24,000 nt of DNA, from contig JBBSQC010000007.1 in assembly GCA_038258215.1 (NCBI GenBank), positions 1 to 24,000 of the forward strand, read 5' to 3'. Every line of letters starts with the position of its first letter. Position 1 is the stretch's first letter. Position numbers and translations under genes: made by a program. This stretch comes from Actinomycetales bacterium. GTDB lineage: Bacteria; Actinomycetota; Actinomycetes; Actinomycetales; Dermatophilaceae. The notes beneath the pieces were generated by a model, which ran no database searches, was not told the origin of the DNA, and was given only the letters and a program-made list of their open reading frames with translations. Positions 1-8,352 of the stretch are shown in pieces.

Positions 1-1281
1 CGGTCGTTCAACCCGTTCACCGGGGAGACGTACAAGGAAGCGCTGCAGATGAGCCGGCTCACCCGCGAGATGTTCTGCCTGATGGAGGGGCGGCACGTCC
101 ACCCCTCCACCCTCTACCCGGGCGGCGTCGGCACCGTGGCGACGATCCAGCTGATGACCGACTACATCACCCGGCTGATGCGCTACGTCGAGTTCATGAA
201 GAAGGTCGTGCCGATGCACGACGACCTCTTCGACTTCTTCTACCAGGCGCTGCCGGGCTACGAGGAGGTCGGCAACCGTCGCATCCTGCTGGCCTGCTGG
301 GGGTCCTTCCAGGATCCCGAGCACTGCAACTTCGAGTACAAGGACATGACCAACTGGGGACGCAGGATGTACGTCACCCCGGGCATCGTCGTGGACGGCA
401 AGCTCGTCACGACCGACCTGGTGGAGATCAACCTGGGCATCCGGATCCTGCTCGGCTCGTCGTACTACGACGACTGGGAGGGCCAGGAGATGTTCGTCGA
501 GAAGGACCCCCTCGGCAACCCGGTCGACCGGCGCCACCCCTGGAACCAGCACACCAACCCCAAGCCGCAGAAGCGCGATCTCGACAACAAGTACAGCTGG
601 GTGATGTCGCCGCGCTGGTTCGACGGCACGGACTACCTCGCCCTCGACACCGGGGGTGGCCCGCTCGCGCGGCTGTGGTCGACCGCGCTGGCCGAGCTCG
701 TCGACATCGGCTACGTGCAGTCGACGGGCACGTCGGTGAAGATCAACCTGCCCAAGACCGCGCTGAAGGGCCCGGTCGAGCTGGAGTGGAAGATCCCCAA
801 GTGGAGCAACACGATCGAGCGCAACCGGGCGCGCACCTACTTCCAGGCGTATGCCGCGGCCTGTGCGCTGCACTTCGCCGAGAAGGCGCTGGTCGAGATC
901 CGGGCCGGACGCACCAAGACCTGGGAGAAGTTCACCGTGCCCGAGACGGGGCTCGGCTGTGGCTTCACCGAGGCGGTGCGCGGGGTGCTGAGCCACCACA
1001 TGGTCATCCGCGACGGGAAGATCGCCAACTACCACCCCTACCCGCCGACCCCGTGGAACGCCAACCCGCGTGACTCGTACGGCACCCCGGGACCGTACGA
1101 GGACGCCGTGCAGGGGCAGCCGATCTTCGAGGAGAACGATCGCGAGCACTTCAAGGGCATCGACATCATGCGCACGGTGCGCAGCTTCGACCCGTGCCTG
1201 CCGTGTGGTGTGCACATGTATCTCGGAGAGGGGCAGAAGCTCGAACTGATGCATTCGCCGACCCAGTCCGTCAGCGGATAG
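1..1281 (+). CDS. hhyL: [NiFe]-hydrogenase large subunit, C-terminal ~426 aa (5' end outside window); context suggests group 1h/5 Hhy-type enzyme
   Basis: Frame 1 is open from base 1 (RSFNPFTGETYKEALQ precedes the tracked Met at 49). The C-terminal Ni-ligand motif DPCLPCGVH is followed by a 21-aa tail (MYLGEGQKLELMHSPTQSVSG) of the kind removed by the maturation protease. Strong GC3 bias; followed by protease and hypCFCDE genes. The group 1h assignment is inferred from gene context only. Confidence 0.9.
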   Translation, partial: RSFNPFTGETYKEALQMSRLTREMFCLMEGRHVHPSTLYPGGVGTVATIQLMTDYITRLMRYVEFMKKVVPMHDDLFDFFYQALPGYEEVGNRRILLACWGSFQDPEHCNFEYKDMTNWGRRMYVTPGIVVDGKLVTTDLVEINLGIRILLGSSYYDDWEGQEMFVEKDPLGNPVDRRHPWNQHTNPKPQKRDLDNKYSWVMSPRWFDGTDYLALDTGGGPLARLWSTALAELVDIGYVQSTGTSVKINLPKTALKGPVELEWKIPKWSNTIERNRARTYFQAYAAACALHFAEKALVEIRAGRTKTWEKFTVPETGLGCGFTEAVRGVLSHHMVIRDGKIANYHPYPPTPWNANPRDSYGTPGPYEDAVQGQPIFEENDREHFKGIDIMRTVRSFDPCLPCGVHMYLGEGQKLELMHSPTQSVSG

Positions 1282-1283
1282 CG

Positions 1284-2201
1284 ATGGCGGATGTCGATGG
1301 GGCCCAGCGGCTGAGGGCCACGGGCGAGCGCATCGACGCGCTGCTGGATGCCAGTGGCTCGGGCGGGGTGGTGGCGCGCGAGCGCGCCGAGGAGCTGGTC
1401 CGGCTCGTGGCCGACCTGTACGGCGCCGGGCTGGAACGCATCCTCGACATCACCTACGAGGCCGGGCAGCTCAGCGACGAGGTGCTCGCCGCGCTGGCCG
1501 CGGACGACCTGGTGGCGAGCCTGCTGCTGGTGCACGACCTGCATCCGTACGCCGTGGGCCAGCGCGTGGAGCAGGCGCTGGAGAGCGTGCGGCCCTACCT
1601 CGGCTCGCACGGAGGTGACGTCGAGCTGCTCGGGGTCAGCGACGAGGGCACAGTCCGGCTGCGCCTGCTGGGCAGCTGCGACGGTTGCCCGTCGTCGTCG
1701 GTGACCCTCAAGCTGGCGGTCGAGGGAGCGATCGAGGCGGCCGCGCCCGAGATCACCCGCATCGAGGTGGAGGACGCCGCGCCGAGCGGTGCCGAGACGC
1801 TGATCCCGGTCTCGTCCCTGCGCTCCCGTCTCGACGAGATCTCGGGCAGCACCGCGTCCTGGGAGCCTCTTCCCGACCTCGCGGGTCTGAGCGCCGGTGG
1901 CGTCCTGACGGTCGAGGTCGGCGGCACGAGGGTCGTGGTCTGCCGGCTCGGCGCCGAGCTCTTCGCGTACGCCGACCGCTGTGCCCGCTGCGAGGAGTCT
2001 CTCGAGGGCGCAGCCCTGTCGCGCCGACTGGGTGCAGCAGTGGGCGAGGCCGTGCTGCGCTGTCCTGCGTGCCGAGCCCACTACGACGTCCGCCGCGCTG
2101 GTGCGTGTCTCGACGACGACTCCCTGCACCTCATCCCTGTCCCGCTGCTCACCGATGGCGGCGTCACCTCGGTCGCGGTCGCCACTCCGGTCCCGTCATG
2201 A
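1284..2201 (+). CDS. NifU-like Fe-S assembly domain protein with an all-Cys Rieske-like/zinc-ribbon C-terminal domain
   Basis: ATG at 1284 lies 2 nt after the hhyL stop, in frame with ORF 1194..2201. The central segment LGSHGGDVELLGVSDEGTVRLRLLGSCDGCPSSSVTLKLAVE is typical of the NifU/Nfu C-terminal domain (CxxC). The C-terminus carries C-x2-C-x23-C-x2-C (CARC...CPAC). Confidence 0.8.
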   Translation: MADVDGAQRLRATGERIDALLDASGSGGVVARERAEELVRLVADLYGAGLERILDITYEAGQLSDEVLAALAADDLVASLLLVHDLHPYAVGQRVEQALESVRPYLGSHGGDVELLGVSDEGTVRLRLLGSCDGCPSSSVTLKLAVEGAIEAAAPEITRIEVEDAAPSGAETLIPVSSLRSRLDEISGSTASWEPLPDLAGLSAGGVLTVEVGGTRVVVCRLGAELFAYADRCARCEESLEGAALSRRLGAAVGEAVLRCPACRAHYDVRRAGACLDDDSLHLIPVPLLTDGGVTSVAVATPVPS

Positions 2202-2863
2202 GCGCCCCCGGCGGCTCCCCGCTCGCCTCGCTCCGCCGGATCACCAGCACCCGACCGACGCCGGTGGTGGGTGAGCGCTGCGAGATGTGTGCGGCCGCCA
2301 TCGCCGAGGAGCACCAGCACGTCGTCAACCTCGAGAGCCGGGTGCTGATGTGCACCTGCCGCGGGTGCTACCTGCTGTTCACCGCCGAGCACGCGGAGCT
2401 GCGCTATCGCTCCGTGCCCGACCGCTACCTCTCCTTCCCCGACTTCGAGTTCGGCGCCCGCGAGTGGGACGAGCTCCAGATCCCGGTCGGGCTGGCGTTC
2501 CTGTTCAAGAACTCCGTGCAGGACCGCATCATCGCGTTCTATCCCGGCCCGGCCGGCGCCACCGAGTCGGAGCTCACGCTCGAGGCCTGGGACCGCATCG
2601 TCGTGGCCAACGCCCAGCTCGACCATCTGCGCGCCGACGTGGAGGCGCTGCTGCTGCGCGGTGCCGACCGGGAGCACCCCGACTTCACCGCACACGTGGT
2701 CCCGATCGACGCCTGCTACGAGCTGGTCGGTCGGCTGCGCTCACTGTGGCGCGGCTTCGACGGCGGCACGGAGGCGCGCACGGCGATCGATGACTTCTTC
2801 GCGATGGTCGAGCACCGCAGCAGGCCGGCTCCGCCCGTGCCGACGGTGGCTGATGTCCGATGA
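2198..2863 (+). CDS. Conserved hydrogenase-cluster protein of unknown function (recalled as DUF5947-like), Cys-rich metal-binding motif
   Basis: ATG 2198 overlaps the upstream stop (ATGA), in frame with ORF 1685..2863. Motif C-x2-C-x20-C-x-C-x2-C (CEMC...CTCRGC); GC3 bias. The DUF name is from memory, not verified. Confidence 0.75.
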   Translation: MSAPGGSPLASLRRITSTRPTPVVGERCEMCAAAIAEEHQHVVNLESRVLMCTCRGCYLLFTAEHAELRYRSVPDRYLSFPDFEFGAREWDELQIPVGLAFLFKNSVQDRIIAFYPGPAGATESELTLEAWDRIVVANAQLDHLRADVEALLLRGADREHPDFTAHVVPIDACYELVGRLRSLWRGFDGGTEARTAIDDFFAMVEHRSRPAPPVPTVADVR

Positions 2864-3498
2864 GCAGCTATGAGTTCTCCGTCGTCGACGTCTTCGCCGA
2901 GCCGTATGCCGCCGCGCCGCAGCTCACCGCGCGGCTGCGGATCCGGGAGACGAGCGGCGAGACCATCCACGCGATCGCGCTGCGGTGCCAGGTCAGGATC
3001 GAGCCGCAGCGCCGTCGCTACGAGGAGAGCGACGAGAGCGGCCTGCGCGCGCTCTTCGGCGACCGCGACCGTTGGGTCGACACCCTCAAGCCGTTCCTGT
3101 GGATGCAGTGCAACTCGATGGTCCAGGGGTTCACCGACGTCACCGAGGTCGACCTGGTGCTGCCGTGCACCTACGACTTCGAGGTCACCGGCTCGCGCTA
3201 CCTGCACGCCGTCGGCGATGGTGACATCCCGATCGTCTTCCTGTTCTCGGGCACCGTCTTCACCAAGGGCGCCAACGGGTTCGGCGTGGTGCAGGTGCCC
3301 TGGGACTGCGAGGCCTCCTACCAGCTGCCGGTGCGGGTCTGGCAGCAGATGATCGCGTCCTACTACCCGAACAGCGGATGGATCCGCCTCGACCACGACG
3401 TCCTGACCGCGCTGGCCGAGTTCAAGGCTCAGCACGGTCTGACCACCTGGGAAGAGACGCTCCAGAGCCTGCTCACCACGCACGGGGTCCAGCCATGA
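2860..3498 (+). CDS. Conserved hydrogenase-cluster protein of unknown function (recalled as DUF6084-like)
   Basis: ORF-track entry 2860..3498. Its ATG overlaps the upstream stop (ATGA at 2860-2863). Coding bias; no recognisable catalytic motif. Confidence 0.75.
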   Translation: MSSYEFSVVDVFAEPYAAAPQLTARLRIRETSGETIHAIALRCQVRIEPQRRRYEESDESGLRALFGDRDRWVDTLKPFLWMQCNSMVQGFTDVTEVDLVLPCTYDFEVTGSRYLHAVGDGDIPIVFLFSGTVFTKGANGFGVVQVPWDCEASYQLPVRVWQQMIASYYPNSGWIRLDHDVLTALAEFKAQHGLTTWEETLQSLLTTHGVQP

Positions 3499-4853
3499 GC
3501 GGCATCGACCACGTCCGCGCGATCGCCGACGCGGTCCTGTACGAGGGCTACCTGCTCTATCCCTACCGCGCCAGCTCCTCGAAGAACCAGTCCCGTTGGC
3601 AGTTCGGTGTGCTGGGTCCGCCGCGCGCGACTGCGGCGAGCTTCGCCGAGCAGCCCGGCCTGTCCTTCCAGTGCCTGCTCGATGCCCTCCCGGGTGCGGC
3701 CACCGTCGGAGTGCACCTGCGCTTCCTGCAGCTCCAGGTGCGCTCCGTCGAGCGGTACGCCGACGGCGGCTACCTGCCGGTCACCGAGTTGGTCGTCGAC
3801 GGGACGTCGTTGCTCAGCTGGGAGGAGGCGGTGGAGTGCGAGGTCACACTGCCGCCGTACGACGTGGGCGGTCCGCCGGTCGTCACCGCCGTGGAGGTCC
3901 CGGGTGGTGAGGAGGTCGAGCCGCTCTCGGACGCCGCGGGCACGAAAGTGGGCCGGATCCTGCGCCGGCGGTTCCCGTTGCACGCAGAGGTCCGTGTGGG
4001 CGAGGAACCCGACGACGGGTTCACCCGGCTCAAGGTGGCCGTGACGAACACCCACCCCGACGAGGTGAACGGCAAGGACGACGCCATCCGGTCCTCGATG
4101 ATCGGCACGCACGTGCTCCTCGTCGCCGACGGGTTCACCTTCATCTCGCTGCTGGAACCCTCCGAGGAGGCGGCCGGCGCCGCGGGCCGGTGCACGCAGA
4201 GGCGCTGCTTCCCCGTGCTGGTGGGGCCCGCCGGATCCGCCGACGTGGTGATGGGCTCGCCGATCATCCTCTACGACCACCCGGAGATCGCCGAGGAGAG
4301 CGCTGGTGCGCTGTTCGACTCGACCGAGATCGACGAGATCCTGAGCCTGCGCGTCATGACGATGACCGACACCGAGAAGGCCGAGGCCCGGGCCACCGAC
4401 CCGCGCGCCGCCGCCATCATCGACCGGTGTGACGCGATGTCGCCCGAGACCCTGCGCGACCTGCACGGCACGCTCCGTGACCCCCGCCGGGGCGAGACAC
4501 CCCCAGCCGGCACGGACTTCGACACCGGGGACGTCCCCTGGTGGGACCCGGCCGCCGACGAGAGCGTGCGGCCGGACACCGACAGCGTCGTCATCGACGG
4601 GGTCAGCGTGGCGCGCGGCAGCCTGGTGAGGGTCCACCCGACGCGGCGGGCCGACGCCCAGGACCTGTTCTTCGCCGACCAGGCGGCCCGGGTCACCGCC
4701 GTGCTGTCCGATGTCGACGGCAGCACGCACGTCGCGCTGGTGCTGGTCGACGACCCCGCGGCCGACCTGCACGAGGAAGCCGGGCGCTTCTTCTACTTCG
4801 CCCCGGATGAGCTCGAACCACTGGACCACGCACGAGAGGAGAGTCACCCATGA
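3495..4853 (+). CDS. Conserved hydrogenase-cluster hypothetical protein, 452 aa
   Basis: ATG 3495 overlaps the upstream stop (ATGA 3495-3498), in frame with ORF 3378..4853. N-terminus MSGIDHVRAIADAVLYEGYLLYPYR; strong GC3 bias. The antisense 472-aa ORF is a shadow. Confidence 0.75.
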   Translation: MSGIDHVRAIADAVLYEGYLLYPYRASSSKNQSRWQFGVLGPPRATAASFAEQPGLSFQCLLDALPGAATVGVHLRFLQLQVRSVERYADGGYLPVTELVVDGTSLLSWEEAVECEVTLPPYDVGGPPVVTAVEVPGGEEVEPLSDAAGTKVGRILRRRFPLHAEVRVGEEPDDGFTRLKVAVTNTHPDEVNGKDDAIRSSMIGTHVLLVADGFTFISLLEPSEEAAGAAGRCTQRRCFPVLVGPAGSADVVMGSPIILYDHPEIAEESAGALFDSTEIDEILSLRVMTMTDTEKAEARATDPRAAAIIDRCDAMSPETLRDLHGTLRDPRRGETPPAGTDFDTGDVPWWDPAADESVRPDTDSVVIDGVSVARGSLVRVHPTRRADAQDLFFADQAARVTAVLSDVDGSTHVALVLVDDPAADLHEEAGRFFYFAPDELEPLDHAREESHP

Positions 4854-4969
4854 GAACTGTTGGCTGGCTGACCACGGTCGCCGTCGCCTGCGTTGCCGCA
4901 GTCGCAGCGTTCGTCGGGGTCCGTTCGATCCCCGACATCAAGCGTTACCTCAAGATGCGCCAGATGTGA
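4850..4969 (+). CDS. 39-aa single-pass membrane micro-protein (not in the ORF track)
   Basis: Hand translation: MRTVGWLTTVAVACVAAVAAFVGVRSIPDIKRYLKMRQM, stop TGA 4967-4969. The ATG overlaps the upstream stop (ATGA 4850-4853). One hydrophobic helix followed by a basic tail. Confidence 0.6.
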   Translation: MRTVGWLTTVAVACVAAVAAFVGVRSIPDIKRYLKMRQM

Positions 4970-5003
4970 GGTGTCCCGAGCACCATCGAAGGAGGAGGTC
5001 GGC

Positions 5004-5525
5004 GTGAGTGACCCACCGGGAGCGCGCGCGGGAGAGGTCCCGATGACTCGAGTGCTGGTCGCCGGCATCGGCAACCTCTTCTGCAGCGACGACGGGTTCG
5101 GTCCCGAGGTCGTCCGTCGCCTCGCCGCGCATGGCACCCTGCCCGAGGAGGTCCGCGCCGTCGACTACGGCATCCGTGGCCTGCACCTGGCCTACGACCT
5201 CCTCGACGGCTACGACGCGCTCGTGATCGTCGACGCGCTGCCCGGCGACGGCCGCCCCGGCACGCTCACCGTGCTCGAGGTCGGCGAGGGTGACCTCGGC
5301 GCCAGCGCGTTCGACCCGCACGGGATGGCCCCGGTCGCCGTCCTGGCCGGATTGTCCGACCTGGGTGGCTCCCTGCCACCGACGTACGTCGTGGGGTGTC
5401 GGCCCGCCGACCTCGGCGACGGGATCGGGCTGTCGGACCAGGTCGAGGCCGCGGTTCCCGAGGCGATGCAGACGGTGCTCACCCTGCTCCGTGAGCGGGT
5501 GCCGACGCTGGACTGGGCCTGCTGA
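5004..5525 (+). CDS. [NiFe]-hydrogenase maturation endopeptidase (HupD/HyaD/HybD family)
   Basis: VLVAGIGNLFCSDDGFG, DALPG and a later HG motif are typical of the family. GTG 5004 sits 5 nt after a near-perfect SD, GAAGGAGGAGG (4989-4999). The alternative start ATG 5043 (MTRVLVAGIGN) is also preceded by GGAGAGG and fits family N-termini better, so the start is ambiguous. Confidence 0.85.
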   Translation: MSDPPGARAGEVPMTRVLVAGIGNLFCSDDGFGPEVVRRLAAHGTLPEEVRAVDYGIRGLHLAYDLLDGYDALVIVDALPGDGRPGTLTVLEVGEGDLGASAFDPHGMAPVAVLAGLSDLGGSLPPTYVVGCRPADLGDGIGLSDQVEAAVPEAMQTVLTLLRERVPTLDWAC

Positions 5526-5767
5526 TGTGTCTCGGGATCCCCGGTCGGGTGGTGCGTGTGCTGGACGGCAACGCCGGGATGCTCGCGCTCGTCGACGTGC
5601 TCGGGGCGCAGCGTCCGGTCAACCTCGGGATGCTGGAGGACATGGCGGTCGACCCCGGCGAGTGGGTGCTCATCCACATGGGCTTCGTCGTCGAACGAGT
5701 CGACGAAGCGGCGGCCGAGAAGGCCATGACCGGTCTCGAGCTGATGGGACGCGAGCGCGATGGCTGA
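5525..5767 (+). CDS. hypC: Hydrogenase maturation chaperone HypC/HybG/HupF family (copy 1)
   Basis: 80 aa, N-terminal MCLGIPG with the essential Cys2, GEWVLIHMGFVV core; TGATG overlap with the protease stop. Confidence 0.9.
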   Translation: MCLGIPGRVVRVLDGNAGMLALVDVLGAQRPVNLGMLEDMAVDPGEWVLIHMGFVVERVDEAAAEKAMTGLELMGRERDG

Positions 5768-8039
5768 GCGCCGGGTCCGCAGCAGGTTCGAGGTCTCCGG
5801 GCTCGTGCAGGGGGTCGGCTTCAGACCGTTCGTCTACGTCACCGCGAGCGAGCTGGGCCTCACCGGCACCGTCGCCAACACGTCCGCCGGGGTGGTGATC
5901 GAGGTGGAAGGCGCCGAGACCGCGGTGGCCGAGCTGGGTCGCCGCCTGGTCCATCGGCCTCCGCCGCTGGCCGAGGTCCACGACATCAGGGAGTCGAGCC
6001 GGCCCCCACGCGGCGGCACCGGCTTCACGATCGAGGACTCCGCGAGCGGCGAGGGGCGCACCCTGGCGTCGGCCGACATCGCGACCTGCGAGGACTGCCT
6101 GCGCGAGCTCGCCGACCCGGCCGACCGGCGGCACCGCCACCCCTTCATCACCTGCACCAACTGCGGCCCCCGCTTCACGATCATCACCGGCCTGCCCTAC
6201 GACCGGGCCGCCACGACCATGGCCGGGTTCGCCATGTGCGACGCCTGCCGAAGCGAGTACGAGGACCCCACGGACCGCCGGTTCCACGCCCAGCCGATCG
6301 CCTGCCCCGACTGTGGCCCGACCCTCGAGCTCGTGGGCCACGGGCCACGGGTGGTGGGTGACGAGGCCGTATGCCGTGCGCGTGACCTGATCGCCCGCGG
6401 CCTGATCGTCGCGGCGAAGGGGTTGGGGGGCTACCACCTCGCCTGCGACGCCCGCAACGAGGCGGCGGTGGCCGAGCTGCGTCGGCGCAAGCAGCGCGGC
6501 GACAAGCCGTTCGCCGTGATGGTGCGCGACGCCGGGGTGGCCGACGAGCTCGTGCGCATGGGTGAGGCCGAACGCCGGCTGCTCACCGGCAGCCGCAAGC
6601 CGATCGTGCTGCTCCCACGCACGGACGCCGAGCGGCTCGCTGCGTCCGTCGCGCCGGGCAACCCTGACCTCGGGCTGATGCTCCCCTACACCCCGTTGCA
6701 CGTCCTGCTGATGGAGGCACCGGGCACCGACGCGCTCGTGATGACGTCAGGCAACCTCTCGGGCGAGCCGATCGTCACTGACGACGGCGCGGCTCGCGAG
6801 CGGTTGTCGTCGATCGCCGACGCCTGGTTGCGGCACGACCGCCCCATCCACGTGCCGTGTGACGACTCGGTGGCCCGCTATGTCAGCGGTGTCGAGCTGC
6901 CGTTGAGGCGGTCGCGCGGCCACGCGCCGCTGCCGGTGGCGCTGCCGTTCGCCGTCGACCCGGTGCTGGCCGTGGGGGCCGACCTCAAGAACACGTGCGC
7001 TCTCGCCTCGGGTCGCTACGCCTGGGTGAGCCAGCACATCGGCGACCTCGACGACCTCGCCACCCAGGCGGCGCTGACCGCGTCGGAGGCCCACCTGGAG
7101 GAGCTCACCGGCGTGCGGCCCGAGTGCCTGGTCGCCGATGCGCACCCCCAGTATCGATCCAGCCGGTGGGCTCGCGAGCACGCCGCAGGCCGGGAGGTCC
7201 GCACCGTGCAGCACCATCACGCCCACGTGGCCTCGGTGATGGGGGAGCACGGCCTCGGCAGCGACGACACCGTCATCGGTGTCGCCTTCGACGGCACCGG
7301 CTACGGCACCGACGGGGCCATCTGGGGCGGCGAGGTCCTGGTCGCGGGCTACAAGTCGTTCCGGCGGGCCGCGCAGCTGGCCTACGTGCCGCTGGCCGGC
7401 GGCGACGCGAGCGTGCTGCGGCCCTACCGGATGGCGTTGGCGCACCTGTGGGCCGCCGGCATCCCGTGGTCCGACGACATCCCCGCCGTGGCGGCCTGCC
7501 CCGAGACCGAGCGCGGCGTGCTGGCCCACCAGCTGTCGACCGGGCTGGGGTGCGTGTCCACGTCGAGCATGGGACGCCTCTTCGATGCCGTGTCCTCGCT
7601 CGTCGGGGCCCGCCACACCGTGGACTACGAGGCCGAGGCCGCGATCGAGCTCGAGTCCCTCGCGCGCTCCGTGCCCGTCCCGGAGCCCTACCGGTTCGAG
7701 ATCACCGCCTCCGAGGAGGGCCCGGTGCTCGCCGAACCGGCGCCGGTCCTGCGGGCCGTCGTCGACGACGTACGGCGTGGGGAGCCGGCCGCTGACATCG
7801 CGGCCCGCTTCCACGCCGCTGTGGCGGCCCTCGTCGCCGACCTCGCCGACCACGAGCGCCGGCAGACCGGTCTCGACGTGGTCGTCCTCGCCGGCGGGGT
7901 GTTCCAGAACGCCGTGCTGCTCGACGGCTCCACCCGGCTGCTGGAGGCACGCGACTTCACCGTCCTGCGACCCAGGCTGCTTCCACCCCACGACGGCGGC
8001 ATCGCCTTCGGACAGATCCTGGTCGGCTCGTTCGGCTGA
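5760..8039 (+). CDS. hypF: Carbamoyltransferase HypF
   Basis: 759 aa. Acylphosphatase-like N-terminus (FEVSGLVQGVGFRPFVY) and two zinc-finger pairs (CEDC...CTNCGPRFTI, CDAC...CPDCGP), followed by YrdC-like and Kae1-like regions. The start overlaps the hypC stop by 8 nt. Confidence 0.95.
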   Translation: MAERRVRSRFEVSGLVQGVGFRPFVYVTASELGLTGTVANTSAGVVIEVEGAETAVAELGRRLVHRPPPLAEVHDIRESSRPPRGGTGFTIEDSASGEGRTLASADIATCEDCLRELADPADRRHRHPFITCTNCGPRFTIITGLPYDRAATTMAGFAMCDACRSEYEDPTDRRFHAQPIACPDCGPTLELVGHGPRVVGDEAVCRARDLIARGLIVAAKGLGGYHLACDARNEAAVAELRRRKQRGDKPFAVMVRDAGVADELVRMGEAERRLLTGSRKPIVLLPRTDAERLAASVAPGNPDLGLMLPYTPLHVLLMEAPGTDALVMTSGNLSGEPIVTDDGAARERLSSIADAWLRHDRPIHVPCDDSVARYVSGVELPLRRSRGHAPLPVALPFAVDPVLAVGADLKNTCALASGRYAWVSQHIGDLDDLATQAALTASEAHLEELTGVRPECLVADAHPQYRSSRWAREHAAGREVRTVQHHHAHVASVMGEHGLGSDDTVIGVAFDGTGYGTDGAIWGGEVLVAGYKSFRRAAQLAYVPLAGGDASVLRPYRMALAHLWAAGIPWSDDIPAVAACPETERGVLAHQLSTGLGCVSTSSMGRLFDAVSSLVGARHTVDYEAEAAIELESLARSVPVPEPYRFEITASEEGPVLAEPAPVLRAVVDDVRRGEPAADIAARFHAAVAALVADLADHERRQTGLDVVVLAGGVFQNAVLLDGSTRLLEARDFTVLRPRLLPPHDGGIAFGQILVGSFG

Positions 8040-8067
8040 CCCTCGCCAACTGCAAAGGAGAGCGCAC

Positions 8068-8352
8068 ATGTGTCTAGCGGTCCCAGGCCGCGTCCTGTCC
8101 GTCGAGGACCAGGACGGAACGGCCATGGCGCAGGTCGACTTCGGTGGACTACGCAAGGAGGTCTGTCTGGCCTACATCCCCGACGTCCGGATCGGTGAGT
8201 ACGTCATCGTGCACGTCGGCTTCGCGATCCAGCGGCTCGACGAGAAGTCGGCGCTGGACACACTGGCCAACTTCGAGAAGCTCGGCATCCTCGAGGAAGA
8301 GTTCGGCGACGGCTTCGCCCTCGCCGCCAAGCAAGCAGGAGAACCGCAATGA
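8068..8352 (+). CDS. hypC: Hydrogenase maturation chaperone HypC family (copy 2, longer C-terminal tail)
   Basis: ATG 8068 is preceded by AAAGGAGAG, in frame with ORF 7279..8352. [10 protein letters not shown]..., [12 protein letters not shown] core; 94 aa. Confidence 0.9.
   Translation: MCLAVPGRVLSVEDQDGTAMAQVDFGGLRKEVCLAYIPDVRIGEYVIVHVGFAIQRLDEKSALDTLANFEKLGILEEEFGDGFALAAKQAGEPQ

Noticed and set aside
3842-3870. Additional GGTCACA / GTCACA matches (3842 on +, 16018 on +) as further ECF41-type promoters
   Set aside because: Neither has CGTC at a 16-nt spacing (the 16018 copy has a 22-nt spacer). One lies inside a CDS and the other points antisense into ideR.
3429-4847. Long antisense or off-frame ORFs throughout the window (for example 1038..2129 -, 3429..4847 -, 5670..6701 -, 6747..8156 -, 8172..9437 -, 9419..10444 -, 10514..11611 -, 10855..12120 +, 12288..13226 +, 19702..21012 +, 20720..21886 -, 21828..22985 -, 22795..23967 -)
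   Set aside because: They are shadow ORFs of well-supported genes. Their translations are low-complexity Arg/Ala/Gly/Pro with no motifs, whereas the partner strand or frame gives recognisable families with strong GC3 bias.
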